DNA of 64,000 nt from a virus, in the IMG/VR virus record IMGVR_UViG_3300021440_000014, positions 96,001-160,000 of that record. One strand, written 5' to 3'. The notes under the pieces are model-generated. The model was given only the letters and a program-made list of their open reading frames with translations, was not told where the DNA came from and did no database searches. Every line of letters starts with the position of its first letter. Position 1 is the stretch's first letter. Of the stretch, positions 9,864-19,190 are shown piece after piece. A program made the translations under genes and the position numbers.

Positions 9864-10178
9864 CTAATAAACGCTATTACGTGACAAGTTGCTCTCTGGA
9901 GTTGCATGAAAAATAGCTTTTTTACTTTCTTCTACGTCTCCAAGCGAATAGACTATAGCTCTACCACCAAGAAAGCACCAGTCCATATCTATACCTGAAT
10001 CTTTACATGCACTGAAAACGATGGCTTCTATACATATAGACGGACCAGAGAGCATTGCTACATATTTAGCTTTATTAAATCGTGGCGGCATTTTAGACTT
10101 CTGCAATCTAAAATTAATGGCGGAAAATAACTTTTTACTTGTTACTTCCGCCAATTGCTTTTTGGTAAGCTTATTCAT
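9864..10178 (-). CDS. hypothetical protein
   Basis: 104-aa ORF in operon. Confidence 0.7.
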   Translation of the reverse strand: MNKLTKKQLAEVTSKKLFSAINFRLQKSKMPPRFNKAKYVAMLSGPSICIEAIVFSACKDSGIDMDWCFLGGRAIVYSLGDVEESKKAIFHATPESNLSRNSVY

Positions 10179-10437
10179 TGGCTTGCGCAGTTTCAGGAGT
10201 AGCGGAAGTCATTTGCGACTCTTTAGCCAAGCGAGCGTTTGCGTGACGAATACGTTGAGCTTTGGCGATGCTTTCGCGCCCAGCCTTGCTCATTTTACGA
10301 ACCTTCTTTGGTTTAGTAGCCATACTAACCCGATTAACATCCTCACCAGAGAGGATATCATTCATTTGGTTCTGCAAATCCTCGATTTGCTTTTGAATTT
10401 CCATTGCTTTTTGAAGTTTTTCAATTGTCATTTTCAT
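10171..10437 (-). CDS. small basic protein with MSxAGRxxIAxAQRxR motif (putative nucleoid-associated)
   Basis: N-terminal coiled coil, basic C-terminal helix. Confidence 0.65.
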   Translation of the reverse strand: MKMTIEKLQKAMEIQKQIEDLQNQMNDILSGEDVNRVSMATKPKKVRKMSKAGRESIAKAQRIRHANARLAKESQMTSATPETAQANE

Positions 10438-10463
10438 AGTGAGAAGACTTTATCACATTTTTA

Positions 10464-10865
10464 TTAAACGTCAATAGGTTTTTCTTCGATATCAATAACT
10501 GAGGACATAGAATATACAAAAATATCGCTCTTAACATTAGAAGAGAACACTTCCTCCTCTATAGACATATACTCTTTCTCGGCTAAAATCTTTGCCTCCT
10601 CAATAGCACCTTTCTTATTTCCCTTATATTTGTCTGGAAACTCGTTAAGAATTTTAAATAGATTAGAATTAACTAGGGATTTTTTAAGCTTTTCTTCTGT
10701 AGTGCAAAAGTATCCAAATTTGCCGTCTTTCATCCAATAGAATTCTCCGTCCGTGGCCCCATGATTCCAGAAGGAATAAAACTTCTCATTAATTTCTGTT
10801 TCATTATCTCCCTCTATGCCAATGTTTATTGAATTGGCTTTAGTTTCCCTAATTAATTTTAGCAT
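10464..10865 (-). CDS. hypothetical protein
   Basis: 133-aa ORF. Confidence 0.7.
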   Translation of the reverse strand: MLKLIRETKANSINIGIEGDNETEINEKFYSFWNHGATDGEFYWMKDGKFGYFCTTEEKLKKSLVNSNLFKILNEFPDKYKGNKKGAIEEAKILAEKEYMSIEEEVFSSNVKSDIFVYSMSSVIDIEEKPIDV

Positions 10866-10869
10866 ATAT

Positions 10870-11574
10870 TTAAAGATTTTTGTATTCGTAATAGGATGCT
10901 ACATTGTTCTGCACTTTTGCGTAGTGCATTAAATGGGTGTCAATACATAAACTATTACCTTTTAAGGTGGGTATTCTTTGTGGAGTGTGGCCGAAAATCT
11001 GCTTCGCATTATCATTTGGAATGAATTCTCTCAAAAAATCACACCAAATAATGCCCCCAAACGGAATCTGCCCGCCGCGAGAGTAGCCTGCCCTGAAAAA
11101 ATAATGAGATTTGTTTTTCTTGAGCAACCTAAAAGCATAATCGCTTTCTTTATTCAGAAAAACATCAATATCTTCGTTATTCTCAGGAAAATAGCTAGAA
11201 TGAAGTCCAGCATGAGTAAAAAGAAAACCTTGCTCAAAATGAAAGAACTTCAATTTGCTCCACTCTTTTTCTGTTAGCTCTTCCTGAACGGCTTTGTTTT
11301 TACTTTCCGTGAAACCCGTGCATCTTGTATATGGGTTATTTGGAAATGCATAGCAAACATCATGGTTTCCCCACAAATGGATTCTATTCTCCTTATTTAA
11401 GCTTTCTTTAAGCCATTTTGCGGTCTTCCTTGCGTCAATATGAGAGTCGCCGAAATCATCGAAGTAATCTCCAAGGAAAATAACCTTGTCCGCACCAGCA
11501 TTCTTGATAATCGTTTCGGCTCTATCTATCTTATTATGAATGTCTGGTATAATCAGTAAAACTTCAGTTCTCAT
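10870..11574 (-). CDS. calcineurin-like metallophosphoesterase
   Basis: DIH, GDYFD, GNHD, HAG, GHT motifs. Confidence 0.9.
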   Translation of the reverse strand: MRTEVLLIIPDIHNKIDRAETIIKNAGADKVIFLGDYFDDFGDSHIDARKTAKWLKESLNKENRIHLWGNHDVCYAFPNNPYTRCTGFTESKNKAVQEELTEKEWSKLKFFHFEQGFLFTHAGLHSSYFPENNEDIDVFLNKESDYAFRLLKKNKSHYFFRAGYSRGGQIPFGGIIWCDFLREFIPNDNAKQIFGHTPQRIPTLKGNSLCIDTHLMHYAKVQNNVASYYEYKNL

Positions 11575-11838
11575 AGGCTCATAATAGCTTTATTTTCAAA
11601 TACCTCAAGCTAAAACTAGCCCTTTTTAATACAATATTTGACTTTGCTTGTTTTATTCAACTTTTTGATATATTTCTCTGCGTCAATTTTCCCCTCTTTA
11701 GTCATAGGGAATGCGCCGAAATTGCGCTCTCCAGCTTTAATTACGTAAAATTTCTTTCTGTTTTTTGTTTTTGGCATAAAAAATGATTCCTTATTAACAA
11801 TAACTTAGATAAAAATAAAAGTCAAACCAATAATAGTT

Positions 11839-12483
11839 ATGAAAATAATAGCTTGCCTGCCGGGAAAAAGTTACTCAGGCGAATTCATTAAGGCTTGGAC
11901 TCTATTCTTGAGTAAATGTCTGGAAAATGGCATAGAAATAGCTTTATCACAAAATTATTCACCTAACATTTACTATGTCAGAAACTTATGCTTAGGAGGC
12001 GACATAAGAAAAGGAATAGAGCAAAAACCATTCCAAGGTAAAATAGAATATGATTATTTATTATGGGTAGACTCAGATAATATCCCTACTTATTCTGCAT
12101 TAATTTCTCTCCTTAATAGAAATGTTGATATTTGCGCCGGAATCTATAAAATGCAAGATGGAAGGTTCGCCACTGTGAAGGAATGGGATACGTCAAGCCT
12201 TATTGAGAACGGAGAAATGAAATTTTGTCAAGACATAGATCTCAAAGATAAAACAGATTTAATAGAAGTAGCTTATACTGGCATGGGTTTCATGCTTGTC
12301 AAGTTTGGAGTATTTGAAAAAATGCGCTATCCTTGGTTTCAGCCGCTAAACCTTGACGTAGGCCGGATTAAGGATTTTGCTACAGAAGATATTTATTTCT
12401 GCCAGAAAATACAGTCTCTTGGTTTTAAGGTTTTTGTAGATCCCACCGTTAAAATAGGGCATGAAAAATGTTTTGTTATTTAG
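11839..12483 (+). CDS. GT-A fold glycosyltransferase-like protein
   Basis: RN, WVDSD (DxD), GMGFMLV, TEDxxFC, GH motifs. Confidence 0.8.
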   Translation: MKIIACLPGKSYSGEFIKAWTLFLSKCLENGIEIALSQNYSPNIYYVRNLCLGGDIRKGIEQKPFQGKIEYDYLLWVDSDNIPTYSALISLLNRNVDICAGIYKMQDGRFATVKEWDTSSLIENGEMKFCQDIDLKDKTDLIEVAYTGMGFMLVKFGVFEKMRYPWFQPLNLDVGRIKDFATEDIYFCQKIQSLGFKVFVDPTVKIGHEKCFVI

Positions 12484-12734
12484 AATACTCTGAATAATTT
12501 AAGAAGTATAATACAAATAGTAATAACGAAAACTATCTCAGCTATCGCACCAGCTATGTTGTTGGCATTTTTATTATTCATAATTTTTTTTTGTTTCAAT
12601 GTATTAAATCTTCTTTAAAAGAGGGAATAGTTTTAAACAGTTTATTATTTAAATGAAGTCATTATTTTCAAAAATTAAGAATAATTGAATTATAAAATTC
12701 CCATATAATACAATTATCTGTAAATATAAATGCT

Positions 12735-13442
12735 ATGAGCAGACCTTGGACAAATGAGGATTCAGAAAGTCTAAAAAAACTTTACGGAACAATGCCCCTT
12801 AAAGAATTAGCTTCTATTTTAAATAGACATGGAACATATTTATGTATCAAAGCTAAAAAACTTGGCATCCAATCTAGTAAATCAAAACTAACAATGGAAC
12901 AGCTATTTCTTAAGAAAAGCAATCAAAGAAGATGTTATAAATGTAAACAAATAATGCCTTTCATAAATGAATTTTTTTACGCTTCTAAAAGATGCTGTCG
13001 TAAATGTGAAAGAAAAATAGCAATTATTAATTTTTACAACTTAAAAAATAATCCAACTCTTCCTAAAGTAATGATGTCAAGGTTATATGCAAGTAAGTCT
13101 CGGGCAAGATCTAAAAAAATAGATTTTAATCTTGACATAAGCTATCTTCTTGTTTTATGGACAAAGCAAGAAGGAAAATGTTTTTATTCAAAACTTCCAA
13201 TGAAAATAAAAATAGAATCTCGCTATGAAAACACTGAAGTTCTTTCTATTGATAGAATCGATCCTGACAAAGGATACATTAAAGGCAACATTGTTCTTTG
13301 CTGTGATGCAGTTAATACAATGAAGAATAATATGTCTTTGGATAAATTCAAGACTTTTATAAAAATAATTAACGAAAATTTTCAAGAAATGGCAAATAAG
13401 CCTTTAAGCACAACTCATTTGCAAAATTCAGATCAAATCTAG
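12735..13442 (+). CDS. HNH-family homing endonuclease
   Basis: CxxC pairs, QxGKCFYS, SIDRIDPDKGYIKGNIVLCC..VN.MK. Confidence 0.8.
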   Translation: MSRPWTNEDSESLKKLYGTMPLKELASILNRHGTYLCIKAKKLGIQSSKSKLTMEQLFLKKSNQRRCYKCKQIMPFINEFFYASKRCCRKCERKIAIINFYNLKNNPTLPKVMMSRLYASKSRARSKKIDFNLDISYLLVLWTKQEGKCFYSKLPMKIKIESRYENTEVLSIDRIDPDKGYIKGNIVLCCDAVNTMKNNMSLDKFKTFIKIINENFQEMANKPLSTTHLQNSDQI

Positions 13443-14094
13443 TAATAAATGCTTTTTTCTCGTAAGCTTTCTTAAGTTTTATTTCGAATTCGTTTATCAT
13501 TTTTATTAAATCTTCAATCTTAAAATCTTCAGGGGCAAACTTTATTGATCGAAGTAATGAATAAATGCTTCTATCTTTATTTTTAATATTTGTTGGGAAA
13601 ATTCCATATTCAAAATAGAACTGCCCCGCCCAAGAAAGCCTTATTAATTGGGTCACGTTTTTGGGAGAAAATTGATATTTGAGTATTTGTTCATGCCTTT
13701 TACATCCTGTTTTACTTTTTCTTTCTCCAAAGGCCAGTCTTTTTTCTCCCTGCATATAACCAAGAAGACATTTAAATAATCTTTCTGAATCTATAAGTTT
13801 GTGTCTATTTAATTGAGTCTCTTTCCAGATTTCACTTATTTCAATCCAATCCTCATTAAAAAGCAATTCAAAACTTTGAGTATTGCCCTGCCTAAGAAGA
13901 CTTAGGGTATGCCTGAATTCAGTATAGAGTTGATCGTCGTCTTTATCTTGCTTTAAGGCATGTTCGTTCTTTCCTAAGCCGATGATATCGTTGATATTAT
14001 CATTTAGGAATACTCCACGGTAGTCTACGTCGCTTTCTGGGCCATCTAGTCCATACATTTTAGATCCTCCAAGACACTTACAGATAATTTTCAT
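13369..14094 (-). CDS. Pol-beta superfamily nucleotidyltransferase (RlaP/YcgL-like)
   Basis: GSxxYGLxxxxSDxDYRGVF, GNxQxxELL. Confidence 0.85.
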   Translation of the reverse strand: MKIICKCLGGSKMYGLDGPESDVDYRGVFLNDNINDIIGLGKNEHALKQDKDDDQLYTEFRHTLSLLRQGNTQSFELLFNEDWIEISEIWKETQLNRHKLIDSERLFKCLLGYMQGEKRLAFGERKSKTGCKRHEQILKYQFSPKNVTQLIRLSWAGQFYFEYGIFPTNIKNKDRSIYSLLRSIKFAPEDFKIEDLIKMINEFEIKLKKAYEKKAFITRFDLNFANELCLKAYLPFLENFR

Positions 14095-14171
14095 ATTCTA
14101 AGCGATTAAGCTCTTTAATATCTTCTTCAGTAACTTTCATACTTGTATAGTAACAGTTTTTTATTACTTGT

Positions 14172-14549
14172 CTACTCTTTGTTTTCTAACATTCCGCATG
14201 GGGAGCCGTCGATTTGCGTATATAAATCTAAAAATCTTTGACGACTAATCTCTTTAATGAAAGGGCCATCTGCAATAACAAAACTCGTATAGCCTGCGCT
14301 AATCACTTGATACAGAGTGGAGCCATTTTTATCTTTTACATATTTCCCAATTGCCTCTTCCGGTAGCCAAGGGCGCAAACTCGGAGGAAGTTTCAAACGG
14401 TAAACTTGATTAATATAAAAATTCGTTGTTATTTTTTTATACCAAGATTTCCCATTATCATCTGAAGCTTGAATATTTTCGATGCCATTTTCCATTGCAT
14501 AACGATATACCTCAATATTATCTAATTTTTGTTGTTCAGTCAATTTCAT
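14172..14549 (-). CDS. hypothetical protein
   Basis: 125 aa, YRLK..RPW and DGSPCG motifs. Confidence 0.7.
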   Translation of the reverse strand: MKLTEQQKLDNIEVYRYAMENGIENIQASDDNGKSWYKKITTNFYINQVYRLKLPPSLRPWLPEEAIGKYVKDKNGSTLYQVISAGYTSFVIADGPFIKEISRQRFLDLYTQIDGSPCGMLENKE

Positions 14550-14863
14550 ATTTTAATATTCTTTATTTTTGCCAAAGCAATTACCCGCTGTTGCCATGTG
14601 GCGTGAGAAGTAAGCCAGTCGTCATCTGTTCTGTTGTCAAGATAGTTTAAGTAATCGAGACGTTGGCCCATTGTTAACGTCTCCTCAATCAACCAACAAA
14701 CGTGAAGAAGCTCTGTGTCACATACTCTTTTCGGTTGTATGGGATATCCACTTGGCATCCAGTATAAATGATATCCATTAGGAATTACTTTTTCCCTATA
14801 GATAAATTTCGGCAACATTTTCGCCAATGCCCGTTTTAATTGAGTGTCGGTGGGATTAGTCAT
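14546..14863 (-). CDS. hypothetical protein, tandem paralog of 14907..15392
   Basis: Shared MTxPTxTQ, ALAKMLP, CWLIE, AxWQQRxIALAKIKNI. Confidence 0.75.
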   Translation of the reverse strand: MTNPTDTQLKRALAKMLPKFIYREKVIPNGYHLYWMPSGYPIQPKRVCDTELLHVCWLIEETLTMGQRLDYLNYLDNRTDDDWLTSHATWQQRVIALAKIKNIKI

Positions 14864-14906
14864 AATAGATGCTTAATGCATGTTAGAATTGTCCAGATAA
14901 TGTTTA

Positions 14907-15392
14907 CTAAAAGAGTTCCTGCGATAAAACCTTTGTTCCGTTCGTTAATATAATATCTATATTTTTAATTTTTGCAAGTGCAATCGTGCGTTGTTGCCAA
15001 GAGGCGTTAGTTAGCGCGAAATGGGTCATATACTTGCCCCCAAACTGACGAATTACATCCTCGTCAAGGGTTCGCACGTAATCTAATCTCTCTTCATCCC
15101 CTAAAATGCCCTCAATTAACCAACAAATGTAGGGAAGCTCACTATTCGTAACTTCTTTAGTATATGGAAATTTTTCTATTTTCCAAGACAAAAAATCAGA
15201 AACATCTTTATTCCCTCCCCAATAAAGCTTGTCGGGTAACATCTTAGCTAGAGCTTGCTTAAGCTGCCCTTCCATATATGTAATATTTTGGAAATCACAA
15301 TCTCCAGTTTGACAACAGCAATTAGAAAATCCTAGTTTTAGCAAACATCCTCCGATGCGTTGGCAAAATTGAGTTTCGGTTGGGGTGGTCAT
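14907..15392 (-). CDS. hypothetical protein, tandem paralog of 14546..14863 with Cys-rich insert
   Basis: Same motifs as neighbour. Confidence 0.75.
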   Translation of the reverse strand: MTTPTETQFCQRIGGCLLKLGFSNCCCQTGDCDFQNITYMEGQLKQALAKMLPDKLYWGGNKDVSDFLSWKIEKFPYTKEVTNSELPYICWLIEGILGDEERLDYVRTLDEDVIRQFGGKYMTHFALTNASWQQRTIALAKIKNIDIILTNGTKVLSQELF

Positions 15393-15395
15393 AAA

Positions 15396-15656
15396 TTATT
15401 CTTGATCTTGCCACGTTCCGAATGAATAAAGGCTCTGGCAAATCTGATTATGGTTAAAAATTTGTTTCTTGTTTTCGCCGGTTTTAGCAATTATCTTCCC
15501 GCGCTCTTTCGTTTCTTCATTCCATTCCCAAACTATCGTCTCATTGTAAATGACCGGCGGAATAATTGCGGCGGATGATTCTCTTTCTATCGTAGAAACA
15601 AGGAACCATTTATCCTTGTATCGAACATAACTTTTGATTTGAGTTTCGTTATTCAT
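15396..15656 (-). CDS. hypothetical protein
   Basis: 86-aa ORF. Confidence 0.7.
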   Translation of the reverse strand: MNNETQIKSYVRYKDKWFLVSTIERESSAAIIPPVIYNETIVWEWNEETKERGKIIAKTGENKKQIFNHNQICQSLYSFGTWQDQE

Positions 15657-15675
15657 ATCTCCACCCCATGTGTGG

Positions 15676-15909
15676 TCATAGTTCTATCTTGTTTGTTGCG
15701 CGGAGTTTTTCTAGTGCTTTATCTAATTCAGTTTTCTCTTGCTCACTTGGTCTTACCCAAGTTGCCGCCCTCGCAACTTCTATTAATTCAACGAGAGGGA
15801 TTGCTTCCAGAATATAGTGGTTAATTGAAGTTGTCGCACCTTCATCGTGACTCCACTCTATTGCAGCTTTTTCTGCAAGCTCTTCTGCAATTTGTTGGGA
15901 GGATTTCAT
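15676..15909 (-). CDS. hypothetical protein
   Basis: 77 aa, ATGA coupling. Confidence 0.65.
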   Translation of the reverse strand: MKSSQQIAEELAEKAAIEWSHDEGATTSINHYILEAIPLVELIEVARAATWVRPSEQEKTELDKALEKLRATNKIEL

Positions 15910-16148
15910 AGTTTTTTTATTTCGATTTCAGCTTCACTATTAGAAGTTTTATATCCATCTAGCTTATGATTTGATATACTATTTTTCTTGGCTCTATAGT
16001 CGTCAATGCACCATTTATCACTATCCGTTAGCCAATGGTTATCTCGAATTAGAAGAACACCGCATCGACAACACTCAGCTATATCAAAGTGTCCGAGTTT
16101 TTCAATATTAATAGGCTTATGAAGCCCAAGCCAGCATAAAATTTTCAT
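15906..16148 (-). CDS. hypothetical protein (CxxGxH...CxRCG zinc site)
   Basis: 80 aa, ATGA coupling. Confidence 0.65.
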   Translation of the reverse strand: MKILCWLGLHKPINIEKLGHFDIAECCRCGVLLIRDNHWLTDSDKWCIDDYRAKKNSISNHKLDGYKTSNSEAEIEIKKL

Positions 16149-16378
16149 ATTTCTTTAAAATTGTCTCGGGCGGTGAGGATTTTCTTACACATTAACTTGG
16201 CTCCATGTGGATGCTGTAAAGAAAAATCGCTATGGATAGACTGCACATCCACCATTTCCCCCGCTCTTGTCATTCCCGCTTTGAAGGCGTCAAGTTGGAT
16301 TGCTTTGATGTCACTAATAATTCCTTGTTTTGGAAATCCATCAAAGTGTTGATTTGCCCATTCTTCTGCTGTTTTCAT
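16145..16378 (-). CDS. hypothetical protein
   Basis: 77 aa, ATGA coupling. Confidence 0.65.
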   Translation of the reverse strand: MKTAEEWANQHFDGFPKQGIISDIKAIQLDAFKAGMTRAGEMVDVQSIHSDFSLQHPHGAKLMCKKILTARDNFKEI

Positions 16379-16557
16379 GGCTTGATAAAGATAAAATTTT
16401 TTTCACCGTTTGTTGGATTGACTGTCCACTTGGCTACGCCTGCGGAGACACACTCTGCGCGATGGATTTTGATACCGCCCGTGCAGCCTCCAATTATTCC
16501 TATAACTAATCCAATAATAAAAAATTCTACACTATTACTTATAGACAAAAGATTCAC
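16375..16557 (-). CDS. hypothetical membrane protein
   Basis: 60 aa, one TM helix; coupled to neighbours. Confidence 0.55.
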   Translation of the reverse strand: MNLLSISNSVEFFIIGLVIGIIGGCTGGIKIHRAECVSAGVAKWTVNPTNGEKNFIFIKP

Positions 16558-16889
16558 AACCCCTCTCCCTCTATAAATTCAATTTCTATTTCTTTGCGGG
16601 CTAGAATGTCATTTTCCCCCTGAATTTGAGGCGTCATGGTTCCAATTACTGTATTCTCATAGATATTCACCCAATACTTAATTTTTCGCTTAACAGGAAT
16701 ATTTACAAGATCAAACGGATCTTCGCCATGTTTATTTCTAAGTCCAGTTTCGGGCCATACACTAGCTAAACTCCAACCGCCCCAACTATTCTTAAAGGCG
16801 TAGGTAAGAATCCCATTATCTACTCCAAGTATTTTGACATTTTCATTTCCGCTACGGGTTTTAACTGGTTTAGTATAGTCAAATTTCAT
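16554..16889 (-). CDS. hypothetical phage protein
   Basis: 111 aa, KPVKTRSG...DLVN...WVNIY. Confidence 0.7.
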   Translation of the reverse strand: MKFDYTKPVKTRSGNENVKILGVDNGILTYAFKNSWGGWSLASVWPETGLRNKHGEDPFDLVNIPVKRKIKYWVNIYENTVIGTMTPQIQGENDILARKEIEIEFIEGEGL

Positions 16890-16937
16890 ATTAAAATCAT
16901 TTTATGTTATTTTTTCAGAAAATCAAGTCTTAAAGTG

Positions 16938-17399
16938 CTAATTTCTTTTAGCGGGAGGAATTGAGTTATAGAGATCAATAGCTTTACAAGTCCCACAAAG
17001 AGGATCTTTTCCCGGCCCATGACAGCATTCTCCGTGTTTCGCGAGTGTGGCGCAAGCTTTTCTTAGTTTATCATTTTCAATCTCTAGGTCAATTAGTTTA
17101 TTAATATAAATTGTATTGTCGAATTCCGAATCCGGTTTACATACATAAACCAAATAAGGATCTGGTTTGTCTGAGGTTTTCATTGTCCCTACAGTTAAAC
17201 CTTTAGACTCAAGAAATGTTAATTGTTTTTGAGCTTTTTGCAATTTATCTCGATAATGGTCGCGCTCTGCCTGCATTTGAACAACAATCTCTTTTTGATT
17301 GTTTCTCTCTTGCTCTATTTTGTGGGCGAAGTCTCTAGCTTCCTCAAGTGTTTCCCATTGCGCACAGGCTGCGTCTGATTCTGACGTATTTGAGTTCAT
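16938..17399 (-). CDS. hypothetical coiled-coil protein
   Basis: 153-aa ORF. Confidence 0.7.
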   Translation of the reverse strand: MNSNTSESDAACAQWETLEEARDFAHKIEQERNNQKEIVVQMQAERDHYRDKLQKAQKQLTFLESKGLTVGTMKTSDKPDPYLVYVCKPDSEFDNTIYINKLIDLEIENDKLRKACATLAKHGECCHGPGKDPLCGTCKAIDLYNSIPPAKRN

Positions 17400-17411
17400 A
17401 AATTAAAAAGT

Positions 17412-17528
17412 TGAGCACGGCAGGATTTTAACCTGCAAATCCCTTGTACAAGGAATATTTATTGGGTTTCTCAGTTGTATCTAATAGGGCAAATCCCTCC
17501 CTTGCTTTTTACATTCCGCCACGCGCTC
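17412..17528 (-). ncRNA. tRNA-Leu-like 'shell' RNA with insert
   Basis: Acceptor GAGCGCG/CGTGCTC, TGGCGGAA D arm, GCAGG-TTAAAAT-CCTGC T arm, no normal anticodon arm. Confidence 0.6.
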
Positions 17529-17534
17529 ATAAAT

Positions 17535-17683
17535 TGGTGCCCCGCTAGGAATCGAACCTAGTTTCTTCGCAATACTACTTTACCGCATAGGACGTTACTA
17601 AAGCCACGTTCGCTTGTTCTCGTTCCCTGTAGCGTTTCGCCTTGGCTACAGCAAGAATCTCACTTGCAGACCAATCTCGGGGC
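17535..17683 (-). ncRNA. CCA-ended tRNA-like RNA (149 nt)
   Basis: GCCCCG/CGGGGC-ACCA and CTAGG-TTCGATT-CCTAG flanking a ~115-nt structured insert. Confidence 0.65.
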
Positions 17684-17696
17684 TAAATTAAAGTTT

Positions 17697-17838
17697 TGGA
17701 TACGGCAAGATTTGATACTTGTAATTTATCTTGATAGGACTCGAACCTACAGTCCTTTTTCAATAGGAAGTCCTGTTTATACAGGTAGAGCGTCCCTACC
17801 ACTCACAGCAAGATTGCGTCTACTTCCGCCACGTATCC
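17697..17838 (-). ncRNA. tRNA-Leu-like shell RNA with nested second T arm
   Basis: GGATACG/CGTATCC, TGGCGGAAGTAGACGC; inner ATCTTG/CAAGAT helix with GTAGG-TTCGAGT-CCTAT. Confidence 0.65.
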
Positions 17839-17850
17839 ATTAAAAGTGAA

Positions 17851-17933
17851 TTGACTGTAGTTGTCATTGAGTTCTTACATCCAGCATTATACTGGGCCAC
17901 GCTCATATGTTTACATATTGCAACTACAGTCAA
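17851..17933. ncRNA. putative structured RNA closed by 13-bp stem
   Basis: TTGACTGTAGTTG/CAACTACAGTCAA. Confidence 0.45.
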
Positions 17934-17939
17934 ATTGAA

Positions 17940-18063
17940 TTCCCCGCCGTGAGAGTCTGTCTTTCTTCGGTTTTAATGTGACAGTAACCGCTTCTATTGC
18001 TCTCTCACACTTCTCTATCTTTAGACTCGTCTAAGTAGATTCTGCCAGCACAGGCACGGGGAA
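17940..18063 (-). ncRNA. putative structured RNA
   Basis: TTCCCCG/CGGGGAA closing stem, internal hairpins. Confidence 0.4.
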
Positions 18064-18073
18064 ATATCAAAAA

Positions 18074-18472
18074 TCAATCAAATTCATCGTAAGCATTATC
18101 ACGGCTATAAACCGAAAAAGTCACCGTAGGACCAATTCCGAAAGACTCTTCAAGACTACTAAAAACAATCGTATCGTCGGCAACTTGAGTAGCCTGAATT
18201 TGAGAGCGAGCCTGATCGGGATTGACTACGCTGAAGATAATAATACCTCCTTTCGGAATACGCAAGTCTTTAACTTTGCTAACGCCATTAAAAATTAAAA
18301 CCCTACCAACAAGTTTTGGCGCGAAATCAGAAGTAGCCGCCTGAGCCTGCCTGTTTTGGAAATGTGCGATACGTCTATCCGCGCCATTCAATTGATTTAC
18401 TAGGAAAAAGGAGCCAACAATGGCAATAGCCGAAGAAATAAGAGCCAAGTTAAGAGTATTTTTATTGTTCAT
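18074..18472 (-). CDS. hypothetical exported/membrane-anchored protein
   Basis: 132 aa, N-terminal hydrophobic helix. Confidence 0.7.
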   Translation of the reverse strand: MNNKNTLNLALISSAIAIVGSFFLVNQLNGADRRIAHFQNRQAQAATSDFAPKLVGRVLIFNGVSKVKDLRIPKGGIIIFSVVNPDQARSQIQATQVADDTIVFSSLEESFGIGPTVTFSVYSRDNAYDEFD

Positions 18473-18758
18473 TTTTAATTATATTTTCGTTAATTTTTAT
18501 TGATTGAGGCATTTCTTCTGGATTAGTAGGAGTTTTTCCCGTATCCAAGAACTGCTTCAATATCTCATTTATAACAGCTATTTGCTTTTTGTCAAGACAC
18601 ATTCTGAAAGCGGGCTTCCCCTGCATATCAATATTCACGCCAAGCCAGAGAACTTCCGTCTCTTGAACTTTATCGGCCTGAAAAGAGCACTCGGCATTAT
18701 TAATGTCCCAGAAAACTCCTATTTTGGCACCATTATGATCTATAAATTGGATTTTCAT
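18462..18758 (-). CDS. hypothetical phage protein
   Basis: 98 aa, DxNxxxCSxQ...LWLGV...RMxL...FLDTG. Confidence 0.7.
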   Translation of the reverse strand: MKIQFIDHNGAKIGVFWDINNAECSFQADKVQETEVLWLGVNIDMQGKPAFRMCLDKKQIAVINEILKQFLDTGKTPTNPEEMPQSIKINENIIKNEQ

Positions 18759-19000
18759 TTTATTTTAGTTAATGATACTTTAACATTATCTATGGAAGCT
18801 TTTGCTGCGAACCACGGTGGACATCTATTAGAGTTAATAAAATCAAATACAATTGACTGAATAAAATGATTTTTGTATTTATGCAGTTTTAGCTCTGAAA
18901 ATGTAATACATAAATCATAATTCTCTACAGCTTCTACGCTCCATTTTTCTTCGTAAGAAAATTTAGAATCACTTACTTTGAATAAGAACTTCTCTTTCAT
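18755..19000 (-). CDS. hypothetical protein
   Basis: 81-aa ORF. Confidence 0.6.
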   Translation of the reverse strand: MKEKFLFKVSDSKFSYEEKWSVEAVENYDLCITFSELKLHKYKNHFIQSIVFDFINSNRCPPWFAAKASIDNVKVSLTKIK

Positions 19001-19190
19001 ATTAGCAGTCTATCCATCTTTTTTTATCGGAATCCTTCATCTGAACTTTAGCTTTTAAAAAATCTGCCTCAAGCGAAAATTCATCAAAATCGTCAGACAT
19101 TGAATTATATGCTTCCTGCGCTTCCTTTACGGTTTCCGCTTGAATTTCCATTACGGAAGTAAATACTATTCTAAATTTTCTTATACTAAC

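Noticed and set aside
5466-10467. Many plus-strand and alternate-frame ORFs within rIIAB/RuvB (and similarly across the window)
   Set aside because: Shadow ORFs of long minus-strand genes with no recognisable motifs.
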